This document shows, in pieces, positions 12,535 to 25,279 of a stretch of 64,000 nucleotides of DNA. Numbering within the stretch: the first letter of the stretch is position 1; the number at the start of each line of letters is the position of its first letter. Made by a program: the position numbers and the translations under genes. Under the pieces are notes generated by a model that saw only the letters and a list, made by a program, of their open reading frames with translations, was not told where the DNA came from and did no database searches. The stretch comes from Octopus bimaculoides (taxonomy: Eukaryota): positions 16,317,766 through 16,381,765 of the forward strand of contig NC_069006.1 in assembly GCF_001194135.2 (NCBI RefSeq), written 5' to 3'.

Positions 12535-13222
12535 AAACAGTGCTGCATTACACAGTGTTTCATCTATAATCTCTTTTATCTTTCTATATTAAAACTTGCC
12601 TTCAAACTAAATATACATCGACTCTTACATCAGTAATTTATACATTTTCCAAAAAGGAATGACTTGTATCAAATTCATGTGATGTTCAACACATCTAAAG
12701 AAACATCCTTTATTTCTCATTTTTACATACACATATAGAGACAGAGAGAAATACACACAGACATATAGAGAGACTTGTATGCACATATACATACAGCATA
12801 ACTAAATACAACGACAAAAGAAGAACAGAAAAAGAGAAAGAAGGAAGTCGCAAAGAAAAGAAATTCTGAAGGAAAACATGAGAATTTATCATTACATTTT
12901 GGAAATTCCACATAAATAGAGTCTTGAAAAATCACAATCACATTCATCATTTACAAACTTAAATGATAAAGAGGAAGTCTGGTTTGTGGCCTTGGCACTT
13001 TTAAATGAATACATATATATATATATATATATATTTGCAAAATTAGGAAAAAAAAAACGAAAAAATGCAAGAGAAAACGACTCTGAAAGAATGATTTGTA
13101 TATATAATAAAATCTTTAAAGAGTAATAGGAGGAGATGTTTGCAAACGTCTGAGCTTCCTTCTCTGTGTTGTCAAATATTTCCAAAACTATCCACAGAAA
13201 CAGAATATTCATATAAAATGAG

Positions 13223-13268
<46 letters not shown>

Positions 13269-13679
13269 GTGTGTATGTGTGTGAAGACAACATGGTGAAG
13301 GAACATATATTGAAGCTGAGAGACATCTTAACCAGACAAATTCAAAGAAATACTAGTCGATGTATATGATCAGAAGACAGAGGCTCACAACACACAGGAC
13401 AAGTGGGAGTTTCTAAGAGGTAATTTTCTACAAGCAACAGACCAGATCCATGGCTGTTGTAAGATAGAAGTTGACTTGATGGTGGGATGCTACCATAGAT
13501 CCATAGATATAGCTACGAATGCAAAGCAACAAGCCTGAAAGAATTGGAAGAAATAGAGAGCAAAGACCAATAAGAAACAGATAGATGAATTGCTAGACAT
13601 CAGATATACTTAACAAATGAAGAAAGCATGAAGTTTGCACATGTTCATTGATCTGAGGTATTCCAAATTACAAAGAACT

Positions 13680-14595
13680 GTGTTCTGAAAGCATAGTTGC
13701 TACAATAAGAACAGGCTGGGCAAAGTTCAGAAAGTTTCTACCTCCGTTGGTAACTAAGGGCCTCTACCTCAGAGTAAAAGGTAGATTGTATGATGCTTGT
13801 GTATGTACAGCTAAGCTACATGGCAGTGGAACATGGGCTATGACAGCAGAGGATTTGTGAAGGCTTGAAAGAAATGAAGGTAGCATGCTCCACTGGATGG
13901 GCAATGTCACTGTGCACGCTAGACAGAGTGTAAATGATTTAAGAGAAAATCTGAGTATAAGAGGCATCAGATATTGTGTGCAAGACAGAACGCTGCACTG
14001 GTTTGGTCATGTGGTGCACATAGATGTCAACAGCTCCATAAAGAAGTGTAAATCTCTCAAAGTGGTTGGAACACGTGGAAGTGGGAGACCCAGGAAAATA
14101 TGGCAGGAAGTACTGAAGAACAACTTCAGGACGCTGAACCTTTCAGGTGAGATGACAAAGGATCAAGGTGCCTGGCACCTGGCTGAGACAAATAGAATAA
14201 GTACTAGGCTTGAAAAGAAATAAGTCCTGGGGCTGATTTGTTCAATTAGCTGTACTCAAGAGGACCCATACTCCACAGCAAAAGTGTTAAGACTGGTCCC
14301 ACTGGTGGTGAGGATTGACCTGCAAGAGTCCTGTGTCGTGGTGCCATGAAAAAGTGCTCATGCAGTTCCATGTAAAAGAACTTGTGTGGTGCCACATACA
14401 AGTGCCCATGCAGTGTCATATAAAAGCATCCAGCACATGCTGTAAAGTGGTTGGCATTGGGAAGGGCATCCAGCCATAGAAACCATGCCAAACCAGACGG
14501 GTGCAGCTCTCCAGCTTGCCATCTCCGGTCAAACCATCCAACCTGTGCCAGCATGGACAACTGACATTGAATGATGATGATAGTGATGATGATGA
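13680..14595 (+). mobile_element. 5'-truncated RTE-clade LINE: C-terminal ORF plus 3' UTR (family D) and (ATG)n tail
   Basis: CSESIVATIRTGWAKF..LVTKGL.LRVKGRLYDACV..LHGSGTW, then ORF 13885-14223 LHWFGHV..GRPRKIWQEVLK; the 3' UTR equals family D, identifying D copies as ends of this LINE. Confidence 0.9.
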
Positions 14596-14681
14596 TATAT
14601 ATAACATATATATATATATATATTGTTGTACTTGGGGATGGTCATATTGCCAGTTTAGCCAATATATATATATAGCTGCAC

Positions 14682-15346
14682 ATGTGGCTGTATGATAAGA
14701 AGCTTGCTTCCCAACCACACGATTCCGAGTGCAGTCCCACTGCATGGCACCTTGGGCAAGTGTCTTCTACTATAGCCTTGAGCTGACCAAAGCCTTGTGA
14801 GTGGATTTGCTAGACGGAAATTGAAAGAAGCCTGTTGCATATATATGTTCTGTTCTGTCTTGGTCAGTTAAGATTTTTCCATTTCCTTTTTCCTTGCGCT
14901 AGCTTACTATACTTGTCTGATAGCCGAAAGGCCCTGTTTGTTTTGTTTTATTTTTGTTGTAATTGTATAATTATTTTCCTTTCATTGTATAGCCGAAAGG
15001 CTTTTGTCCATTGTATATGCATAATCCTATTTCTTATGCTATGTTCATCTGATAGTCAAAATATCTTTTTCTGTTTGTTACTTCTTCGTATTTATATATA
15101 TACATTCGTTTGCGTTGCCCAGGGGCTTAATGCCGTTAGCTTAAGCCCTTGGCCCAACCAGTTTTGAGTAGTATCGGAGATGAATGGGTGAAACTACATA
15201 GACATTCCGTCTCTGACTGAAGAGGCAATTGGCTGTGAATGATCTATGTATCTTGCTTTGTCTTGTTTGCCATTGTTGTGCTATCATCCTTTTTCTGCTT
15301 GTTATGTTTTGATGGTTTCCATTTGTTGTATTTTTTACCTTTGATT

Positions 15347-15385
<39 letters not shown>

Positions 15386-15575
15386 CTTTGTGTCTATGTT
15401 TGTCCCCCCACCGCTGCTTGACAATCAATGTTTGTGTGCTTATGTCCCCGTAACTTAGTGGTTCGGCAAAAGAGACAAATAGAATAAGTATTAGGCTTGA
15501 AAAGAAATAAGTCCTGGGGCTGATTTGTTCAACTAAAACCCTTCAAGGTAGTGAAACAAGTAAAAGATAAAAGAT
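14682..15575 (+). mobile_element. SINE family B split into head (14682-14836) and tail (15345-15575) by a ~500-bp insert
   Basis: Head ends GAAAGAAGCCTGTTG-(TA)n; tail resumes at (TG)n-TTTGTCCCCC. Confidence 0.75.
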
Positions 15576-15584
15576 AACATTTAT

Positions 15585-15765
15585 ACATATCCCTTCAAGG
15601 AGATGGACCTGCTCAACACGTAGAAAAGGTGAAGGTAGAACCTCTATGAGGTGTACCCAGTGCAAGCTATGGACACATAACAGGTGCAGCGGTATCAGAG
15701 AAAAGTTAACAGAGAAAGTATGCTTTGTGTATGGCAGATGTGTAGGCACAATAAACACTAGGAAT
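15585..15765 (+). mobile_element. RTE ORF fragment with Cys/His zinc-finger remnant
   Basis: PSRRWTCSTRRKGEGRTSMRCTQCKLWTHNRCSGIREKLTEKVCFVYGRCVG; resembles the CxxC..CxxCxxxxHxxC module downstream of RT in RTE elements. Confidence 0.75.
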
Positions 15766-16235
15766 GTATATAAGTCAATGAATATACCTTGACTTTATTG
15801 TAATTTCTATATAAATGCATATTTTATAGACACATATATATATATGCAGACAAATACACACATATGTATACAGATATCTCTGTCATATTTAAATCAGTAA
15901 CCATTTCTGATTAACAACATTGTTTTGACGATCTGAGCAAACATCACTTCTAAATTATTTTAAATTATGTATCTTAGTTACCTAATTATAGAAATAATGA
16001 TATTTATTACTAATTAAACAGCTGTTGCACACAATTAAATTATGAACTATATGTGAAATTAATGGTTTTCTGCCTTATATTCTGAATGTGTTGGTCTAGA
16101 CATTCATTTCAGCTAATTATGTATATAGATCCATGTTAATTCCATCTGGATTTACTGCAATGTAATAATGTATTGGTGTTTAACAACCTGTTATTAATTG
16201 AGCTCTTAATTAGATACATTTTTCTTTATGTTTAT

Positions 16236-16273
<38 letters not shown>

Positions 16274-16439
16274 GTGAGTGCAATGTTTTTCAAATAAAGG
16301 CACAGTAATATGCAAAGGGAGCGATGGATTATCTAGTTAAAGTTTCATTTGTGAAATACTGTTGTTTTGAATTTGCTGCAGAAAGTGGTCAACATTTGTG
16401 GTGGTGAGTGGAGGGGGCGCTAAGAATGTGGCCCAAGTG

Positions 16440-16453
16440 CCAAGGGGGTAGCA

Positions 16454-16487
<34 letters not shown>

Positions 16488-16650
16488 ATATATACGACGG
16501 GTTTGTTTCAGTTTCCGTCTACTAAATCCACTGACAAGGCTTTGGTCGGACCGAGGCTATGGTAGAAGACACTTGCCCAAGGTGCCACACAGTGGGACTG
16601 AACCCGGAACCATGTGGTTGAGAATCAAGCTTCTTACCATACAGCCACAT
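16440..16650 (-). mobile_element. SINE family B head half
   Basis: Reverse complement of the B head/CORE-like region, ending in (TA)n. Confidence 0.8.
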
Positions 16651-17589
16651 TTACGATCATATCTTCTCAATAAGAGCCAATTTTGAAGGTTAAAAGTTAA
16701 CTCATCTACAATAACAAAGAGAACAGAAATGCTTATAACATATTCTTCTCTTTATAAAATACTTCTTTCCAATATGAACTTCTGGTTTTCTGTAAACAAC
16801 TGCGGAGTAATTGTTTTGTTGATTTTTCTAAGACTTCCATGTGAATATGTGAAGCAGAGATTAAAGGGATTTGTTAAAGAAGTTTTATTAAGAGTTATAT
16901 AAAGGGCTACGCTTTTAATCTCTTAAACTTAACTGGCATGCTTATTAATTTCCTGAATATCTAACCACTTTATAACAGAAACCATAAAAAGCAAGCTGCT
17001 GAAGTATCTATGTGTATGCTAAGATGTTTGTTTTGTTTTCGTAAAAGGACAAAAATGATATGATGCTTATGTTCACATACATATCAAAGATTATAGAAAA
17101 GCAGATTTTCATCATCATCATCATCATATCTCTCTCTCTCTCTCTCTCTCTCTCTTGCTTTTTGAAAATGAAAAGTGACACAAAGAAGGACCGTGAAAAC
17201 AAAATATAGAAAAAACAACAGAAAGAAAATACTGAAACAAGGAATGGCATAGCTCCATTGCTTCCTCCCTGGTCTAGTTTTGCATGAAACTTACACTTAA
17301 CCATTTAGATTATATGGGAGATCTAATATCTGTACTCTTTAGATATTAAAGTACGTATGCAAGCAAACATCCAGTGTGTGCTAGCAGCTGTTTATTTGTA
17401 AACAAATAACTGGTTACTTTATATATCTTGATAGGGCCAACTAAACTAATTCACTCAACAATACAAGAAGATAAACAACTTCCATAATTAAGGTTAATTA
17501 TATACATGTGTGTGTATGTGTATAAATAGATATAGACACACACACACATACACACACACACAATGCAGAAACAAAACAAAAATGAACAC

Positions 17590-17735
17590 AAGGCATGGCT
17601 GTGGGGTAAGAAGTTTGTTTCCCAATCACATGGTTCTTGGTTCAGTCCCACTGCGTGGCACCTTGAGCAAGTGTTTTCAACTATAGCCTAAGGCCGACCA
17701 AAGCCTTGTGAGTAGATTTGGTAGACGGAAACTAT
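17590..17735 (+). mobile_element. SINE family B head half
   Basis: GGCTGTGGGGTAAG..GGTTCAGTCCCACTGCGTGGCACCTTGAGCAAG. Confidence 0.8.
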
Positions 17736-17749
17736 GAAAACATCTTTAT

Positions 17750-18140
17750 CCATTTATCCTTTCCTTGTTTCAATCATTAGACTGTGGCCATGCTGGAGCA
17801 CCGCCTTGAAGAATTATGTTTTGTTTTTTTTTTAAAGCCTGGTACTTGTTCTACCAGTTTCTTTTGCTGAACCACTAGGTTACAAGGATGTAAACACACC
17901 CATACCAGTTATCAAGCAGTGGAGGGGGACAAGCAAACACAAACACACACACACACACACATACATACATACATACATATACAATAGGCTTCTTTCAGTT
18001 TCCATCTACCAAATCCACTCACAAGGCTTCGGTCGACCTGAGGCTATAGTGGAAGACATTTGCCCATGTGCCACACAGTAGGAATGGACCTGGAACCATG
18101 TGGTTGGGAAGCAAGCTTCTTACCACACATTCACACCTGC
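17750..18140 (-). mobile_element. Full SINE family B
   Basis: Tail, internal (CA)n(TACA)n and head all present. Confidence 0.85.
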
Positions 18141-18689
18141 ATATATGTTTTAATGCATACATTTAGCTTTGTGGTGCAGATACATCCCTGCAATTAAATT
18201 AAAGTGGAGAACATTTACACAATGAACAAAAGAACAAATTGAACAGTTTGACCAAGTTGTTATTGCTTTATCAGTGTTTGCATCGTATATTTTATAGAAA
18301 GAGAAAGGCAATTACTCACAAATACTTATGAAAAATGCAATGAGCAACAGACATTACTTTTACACATTTGTACTACATATTGCATATCAACTAACAGTGC
18401 ATATTGATTGACTGGAGTACTGGGATACTGTGTTTGCTAGTAAGTTGTAAATAAATTCATATATGTACATTTAATTAAGATAGATTTAGTCTCACTGTGC
18501 AAATAGAAATAGACCTTATGACTAAATTTGAATAGTGAAGCTGAACATATATTTAATAAAATATATGCATGTAACTAACTATTTTTACAAAGTGTCCGCA
18601 AACATGTTGTCTCAATGTGTGTGTGTTTACGCCCGCACACACACACACACACACACACACATCTGGCAATATGCTGTGCATGATAAGAC

Positions 18690-19018
18690 TTGTCAGGCCA
18701 AGTGAAATTGTAGCTGTGGCCATGCTGGTGCCATGTAAATGGCCCCCGTGAATTGTAGTTGTGGTCATTGCTAGTACCATGTAAATGGCAGCTATGAATC
18801 GTAGTCGTGGTCATTACCAGTGCCATGCAAATGGCACCTGTGCCTGTAGCACCTAAAAGCACCCATTACACTCCTGGAGTGGTTGGCGTTAGGAAGGGCA
18901 AACAGCTGTAGAAACCATACCAAATCAAACTGGAACCTGGTGCAGCTCTCCAGCTCCAGTCAAACAGTCTTACTTATGCCAGCATGGAGAGCAGACATTA
19001 AATGAAGATGATGATGAT
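18690..19018 (+). mobile_element. RTE 3' UTR (family D) with internal ~46-bp tandem subrepeats
   Basis: GTGCCATGTAAATGGC units; GGTTGGCGTTAGGAAGGGC; (ATG)n tail. Confidence 0.8.
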
Positions 19019-19105
19019 ATACATATATACTTATATATATACACACATATATACACACACGTACATTACACACTTATACACACACATATATACACATGTG
19101 TATAC

Positions 19106-19179
<74 letters not shown>

Positions 19180-19459
19180 ATATATTATTTAGCCCACACA
19201 TGCATGTGTCCCTCAAACACCCATGTATTTCCAACCATTCACAAAGTTCATCCTTTTTTTTTTTTATGTTTTGACAACCAAACAGTCACCCTCAATCAAA
19301 TTCAATGCACTTGAACGCATTCAGATAGAGGATCTTTTTTAGATTTATTTTTATATAAACCTCGATGGTGGTAGGTCAGATAATCGTCACAAAATATAAA
19401 AGTGGAAATCAGCACTTACATGTGAAAATGTAAACATTACAACCAAATATCCATATCTT

Positions 19460-19694
19460 TTTACTTGTTTCAGTCATTAGACTGTGGCCATGCTGGGGCA
19501 TCACCTTGTATGTTTTCTTTTAGTTGAATGAATGAATTGACCCCAGTACTTCTTTTTTAAGCCTGGTACTTATTTTATTAGTCACTTTTGTCAAACTACT
19601 AAGTCATGGGGATGCAAACACAGCAACACCAGTTGTCAAGTGGTGTTGGGGGGTGGGGGGACAAACACAGTCACAAAGACACACACACACACAG

Positions 19695-19732
<38 letters not shown>

Positions 19733-19940
19733 TCCACTCACAAGGCTTTGGTTGGCCTGAGGACGATTTGATTGAGGACTGGTGAAACCGGATGGCAACA
19801 CCAGGCTCCAATCTAATTTGGCAGAGTTTCTACAGCTGGATGCCCTTCCTAACGCCAACCACTGCCCAAAGCACCACACAGTTGGACTGAACCTGAAACT
19901 ATGTGTCTGGGAAGCAAGCTTCTTACCACACAGCCGCACC
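19460..19940 (-). mobile_element. SINE family B containing a patch of family D sequence (19761-19863)
   Basis: B consensus on both sides; patch nearly identical to 4998-5100. Confidence 0.8.
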
Positions 19941-20680
19941 ATAATTGTAAAACAAAATTCATATACTATGCCCCATACATGTATATATTTATAATTACCA
20001 TTTTGGGCCCTCCCATTTCATTCAGTATGACAACCAGGCTATATCAAATGAAATCGTACTGNNNNNNNNNNNNNNNNNNNNNNNNNNNNNNNNNNNNNNN
20101 NNNNNNNNNNNNNNNNNNNNNNNNNNNNNNNNNNNNNNNNNNNNNNNNNNNNNNNNNNNNNNNNNNNNNNNNNNNNNNNNNNNNNNNNNNNNNNNNNNNN
20201 NNNNNNNNNNNNNNNNNNNNNNNNNNNNNNNNNNNNNNNNNNNNNNNNNNNNNNNNNNNNNNNNNNNNNNNNNNNNNNNNNNNNNNNNNNNNNNNNNNNN
20301 NNNNNNNNNNNNNNNNNNNNNNNNNNNNNNNNNNNNNNNNNNNNNNNNNNNNNNNNNNNNNNNNNNNNNNNNNNNNNNNNNNNNNNNNNNNNNNNNNNNN
20401 NNNNNNNNNNNNNNNNNNNNNNNNNNNNNNNNNNNNNNNNNNNNNNNNNNNNNNNNNNNNNNNNNNNNNNNNNNNNNNNNNNNNNNNNNNNNNNNNNNNN
20501 NNNNNNNNNNNNNNNNNNNNNNNNNNNNNNNNNNNNNNNNNNNNNNNNNNNNNNNNNNNNNNNNNNNNNNNNNNNNNNNNNNNNNNNNNNNNNNNNNNNN
20601 NNNNNNNNNNNNNNNNNNNNNNNNNNNNNNNNNNNNNNNNNNNNNNNNNNNNNNNNNNNNNNNNNNNNNNNNNNNNNNNN

Positions 20681-21052
20681 AAGTAGCTTGCTTACTAACC
20701 ACATGGTCCGGGTTCAGTCCCACTGCGTGGCACTTTGGGCAAGTGTCTTCTACTATAGCCTCGGGCCGACCAAAGCCTTGTAAGTGGATTTGGTAGACAG
20801 AAACTGAAAGAAACCCGTCGTATATATGTATATATATATGTATGTGTGTATATGTTTGTGTGTCTGTGTTTGTCCCCCCAACTTCGCTTGACAACCGAAG
20901 GTGGTGTGTTTACGTCCCCGTAACTTAGCGGTTCGGCAAAAAGAGACCGTTAGAATAAGTACTAGGCTTACAAAGAATAAGTCCTGGGGTCGATTTGCTC
21001 AACTAAAAGGCGGTGCCCCAGCATGGCTGAAATAAATAAAGAGTAAAAGAGT
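20681..21052 (+). mobile_element. Young SINE family B (5' end in gap)
   Basis: CpG-intact; GCACTTTGGGCAAGTGTCTT CORE-like motif; TAAAAGAG tail. Confidence 0.9.
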
Positions 21053-21260
21053 ATGATGTTCAGAAATGTTCCTGGCTTTGGGTAAAAGAATATAAAGGAG
21101 GATCAGTTAATGATTTTATTCAACATATTACCATCTCAGATTCACACACTTATTGCAATGGTCCTTCGGGTTTTCTAAGTCCTGTAAAAGAACTTGGAAG
21201 GATGGGCCTCATGCTTGGCCTTTCATGATACCCTTAAAGCTAGGAACTTTTCAACAGTTT
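21053..21260. mobile_element. Mariner-derived MITE (family M)
   Basis: GTTCCTGGCTTT..AAAGCTAGGAACTTTTCAAC inner TIRs; same body as 53272-53486. Confidence 0.75.
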
Positions 21261-22421
21261 TGGTCTGGAGCTGAACATGGCAATGATCATTGGCTCATTG
21301 TAAATAAAGTTGAAATTTAGAAGCAGGAGATATCCTCAGGGCAAGCCATCACCAAGGAAGCTGAGGATGGAGAATCTCAAATCATCAACATTTCAAGTAG
21401 ACTAAACAATAAACAGACACACAAACATAAATGCAGGCTTATATATATTCACACACAAACACATATGTACACATTAACACATATACATAGACACAAACAT
21501 ATATGCACTCTTATATTCACACACATACAGAGACACACAAAGACACACAATACACACCCATACACATGCACTGTATCTTTAAAATGTTTACTTCAAGTAG
21601 ACACAGAAATATTAAAAGAAATGTAAAGTAATTAACTTCCTGTGTTTTTGAGACTGGCTCCAAGGAAATATATATATACATATATATATACATACACATA
21701 TATATATATGTATANNNNNNNNNNNNNNNNNNNNNNNNNNNNNNNNNNNNNNNNNNNNNNNNNNNNNNNNNNNNNNNNNNNNNNNNNNNNNNNNNNNNNN
21801 NNNNNNNNNNNNNNNNNNNNNNNNNNNNNNNNNNNNNNNNNNNNNNNNNNNNNNNNNNNNNNNNNNNNNNNNNNNNNNNNNNNNNNNNNNNNNNNNNNNN
21901 NNNNNNNNNNNNNNNNNNNNNNNNNNNNNNNNNNNNNNNNNNNNNNNNNNNNNNNNNNNNNNNNNNNNNNNNNNNNNNNNNNNNNNNNNNNNNNNNNNNN
22001 NNNNNNNNNNNNNNNNNNNNNNNNNNNNNNNNNNNNNNNNNNNNNNNNNNNNNNNNNNNNNNNNNNNNNNNNNNNNNNNNNNNNNNNNNNNNNNNNNNNN
22101 NNNNNNNNNNNNNNNNNNNNNNNNNNNNNNNNNNNNNNNNNNNNNNNNNNNNNNNNNNNNNNNNNNNNNNNNNNNNNNNNNNNNNNNNNNNNNNNNNNNN
22201 NNNNNNNNNNNNNNNNNNNNNNNNNNNNNNNNNNNNNNNNNNNNNNNNNNNNNNNNNNNNNNNNNNNNNNNNNNNNNNNNNNNNNNNNNNNNNNNNNNNN
22301 NNNNNNNNNNNNNNNNNNNNNNNNNNNNNNNNNNNNNNNNNNNNNNNNNNNNNNNNNNNNNNNNNNNNNNNNNNNNNNNNNNNNNNNNNNNNNNNNNNNN
22401 NNNNNNNNNNNNNNNNNNNNN

Positions 22422-22454
<33 letters not shown>

Positions 22455-23122
22455 CACATTTGGACAAACACTTGACACAGTCACACAGATAAAAAAAGTT
22501 TGTTTAATAGGCACAACTTAAGGGTCTCCTTCAGTTGCATGCCTTACATTAAATTTTTAATGAGGGATCCCCAAGCCATGAGCAGAAGAGGCAGCATACT
22601 CATGTAGGGTATACAATGACTAGCCAGTGGTGGTTGTGGGGGGGACACATGTGAAACCGAAAGGGTTGTAAGAGGGTGACGTGGTAGCTGGCACTGGCAA
22701 CCAGTGTAACAGCCTAAGCAGTAACAATGGTAGCAGCGATGGTAGTGGTAGCATCAAGAAGCAGAAACAGCAATACCAAAGGTTACGACAGCAGCAGCAG
22801 CAACACCAACATTGTGCCTAGAAATGGCTGCTATGCCAGCAGCAATGGAACCACTAAAATCATGTCCAGGAATATCGGCATCGGTAGTGACTCCAGCAAC
22901 AACAGCAATGACAATACCACGAATTTGCTTGCCAGTTGCTTGACATTAACCACTTGAGCATGTCCCTTAGTGGCTGAAAGTATGTGCATCTCTGATCATC
23001 AGTAGGAGTAGTGGAGGAGCAGCATAGTCGGTGTGTTAAGAGGGATTCTTTGGGGTTTGAATAAATGTAACAGAAGCAAAGTTTGAAGGAAATATTAGCC
23101 ATTTGTCATACTTTCTAGGAGT

Positions 23123-23501
23123 TTGTTTGTCGGCACTCCGTCGCTTACGACGTCGAGCGTTCCAGTTGATCCGATCAACGGAACAGCCTGCTCGTGAAAT
23201 TAACATGCAAGTGGCTGAGCACTCCACAGACACGTGTACCCTTAATGTAGTTCTCGGGGATATTCAGCGTGGCACAGTGTGACAAGGCTGACCCTTTGAA
23301 TTACAGGCACAACAGAAACAGGAAGTAAGAGTGAGAGAAAGTTGTGGTGAAAGAGTACAGCAAGGTTCGCCACCATCCCCTGCCGGAGCCTCGTGGAGCT
23401 TTAGGTGTTTTCGCTCAATAAACACTCACAACGCCCGGTCTGGGAATCGAAACCGCGATCCTATGACCACGAGTCCGCAGCCCTAACCACTGGGCCATTG
23501 C
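23123..23501 (-). mobile_element. SINE family A, missing a few 5' bases
   Basis: TSD ACTTTCTAGGAGT / ACTTTCTTGGAGT at 23110-23122 and 23502-23514. Confidence 0.9.
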
Positions 23502-23706
23502 ACTTTCTTGGAGTAAACAAATAAAAAATAACAGTTGCTGGCCAAGAACAAAAATCATGTTACTCAGTATTATTGTTATTAGAGTGACACTTCAATGTAT
23601 ACTTGTAATTTTAATTTAGGCCAATGCTTATACATAAACTTTTTTATTTTGGTGTTGGTGTTGGTCGATGGTTTAAAGACAGACTTTCTCTTTTTTGCTT
23701 TTAGCT

Positions 23707-24030
23707 TTAACCCTTTAGCATACAGATTACTCAGTCAAATCTGATGCGTATTTATTCACATTGTTTCGAATTAATCATGCAATATCTCATAGCTTTGAGA
23801 TTCTGATGATGTAATTATTTATTTTTACAATGAGACTTATTGCCAAATCAGATTGGAGCCTGGTGTAGCCATCTGGTTTCACCAGTCCTCAGTCAAATCC
23901 TCCAACCTATGCTAGCATGGAAGGCGGACGTTAAACGATGATGATGATGATGACATTGTAGAATATATATGAGAGACCAGAAGTAGAATATTTAAGCCAG
24001 ATATGACCAGTTTTAACACTAAAGGGTTGA
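23707..24030. mobile_element. Family E MITE interrupted by a family D 3' end (~23840-23955)
   Basis: TTAACCCTTTAGC start, CTAAAGGGTTGA end; CGGACGTTAAACGATGATG inside. Confidence 0.8.
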
Positions 24031-25059
24031 ATTTGATATAGCCTTTTTTTTTAATTGCTTTTTCTCTTCGTCCAGACATATGTACTTTATGACAGTCTGA
24101 TTTTGTCCTCATTGCATAATGCGGCTTCTCTTTCAGCCAGGCAGTTTAGCAGAAACTTATATGAAACCGTTGAAGTGGTGATGATGGTGGTGGTAGTGAT
24201 GGTGATGACAACAATGCTGTTGAACTGAACTCAAAGCAACAAAGAGTCAGACTAGATGATAGAATATTATTAATATTTGGCCAAATGGACTTCAAGATTG
24301 AAAGGAATTAATAAACTCTAAATGGACAGAAAGTAAAGAACAGTTAAATTACATTAGTTTGTAATCTCACTTTTTATTGTCAACTGCAGTAATAAAATAG
24401 ATGAAATGATATCTCGGTTTAAAAGGTTCTAATACAGTAGACAACCTATGCATATATATGTGTATATATACATAAAACACATATGTACACACATATACAT
24501 ATATACAGATAAACAACACATACATGCATGTTTGTATACACAATACGATAGACATACATTCACACATGGCCTCATAAACAAAGTTGTCTGACATCAATTT
24601 GTATTGTGTCTTTTGTGTTCAAGGGGACAACAACGGAGCGATATTAAGGGGAATGTATTGATTAATGGTCCCAGGGGTCAGCGGGGAGTATTGCAATGCA
24701 AATCTTTCATTTGCTTGGTGAAGAATAGCTGCAAGGCCAAAAATTTCCACTGGAAAATAGACAGCTGAAGTTAGAGAGAGAGAAGGTGGGAGAGGGATAA
24801 GTGAGAAGGATAAGTGAGAGGCAGTGTGAGAGAAAAGAAGGGGACAAAGGAACACAGATGTAACATTTGTTTGTGCATCTATTATTTTCAGTGTCTCAAA
24901 GTAAAAAGTTTTATTGCAAAACCTAACAGGAAGTGTCTGCTAGAACAGCTGTTATTGTTGTTGTGGGCACTGGTGCTACTTTGGTCTAATTCAACCCTGA
25001 TTTAGTACCCAGTACATTACAACCATAGACAACCCATCTTTTTTCATTTTTCAAACTTT

Positions 25060-25279
25060 TTAACCCTTTAGCGTTCAAATTAAATATGTCAAAACTAATC
25101 CTTATTCATTTACATTATAAAAAATTTATCTGGTATTATCTTGTAGCTTCAAGATGTAATTGTTTATTTTTAGAATGACATTGCAGGGTAGGTGTGAGAT
25201 ACTGGTTCTGGCCAGTTTGAGCAGAAAATGAGCAGAATATTTGGGCCGGATATAGCCGGTTTAAACAGCAAAGGGTTAA
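25060..25279. mobile_element. piggyBac-like MITE (family E)
   Basis: TTAACCCTTTAGC...GCAAAGGGTTAA. Confidence 0.85.
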
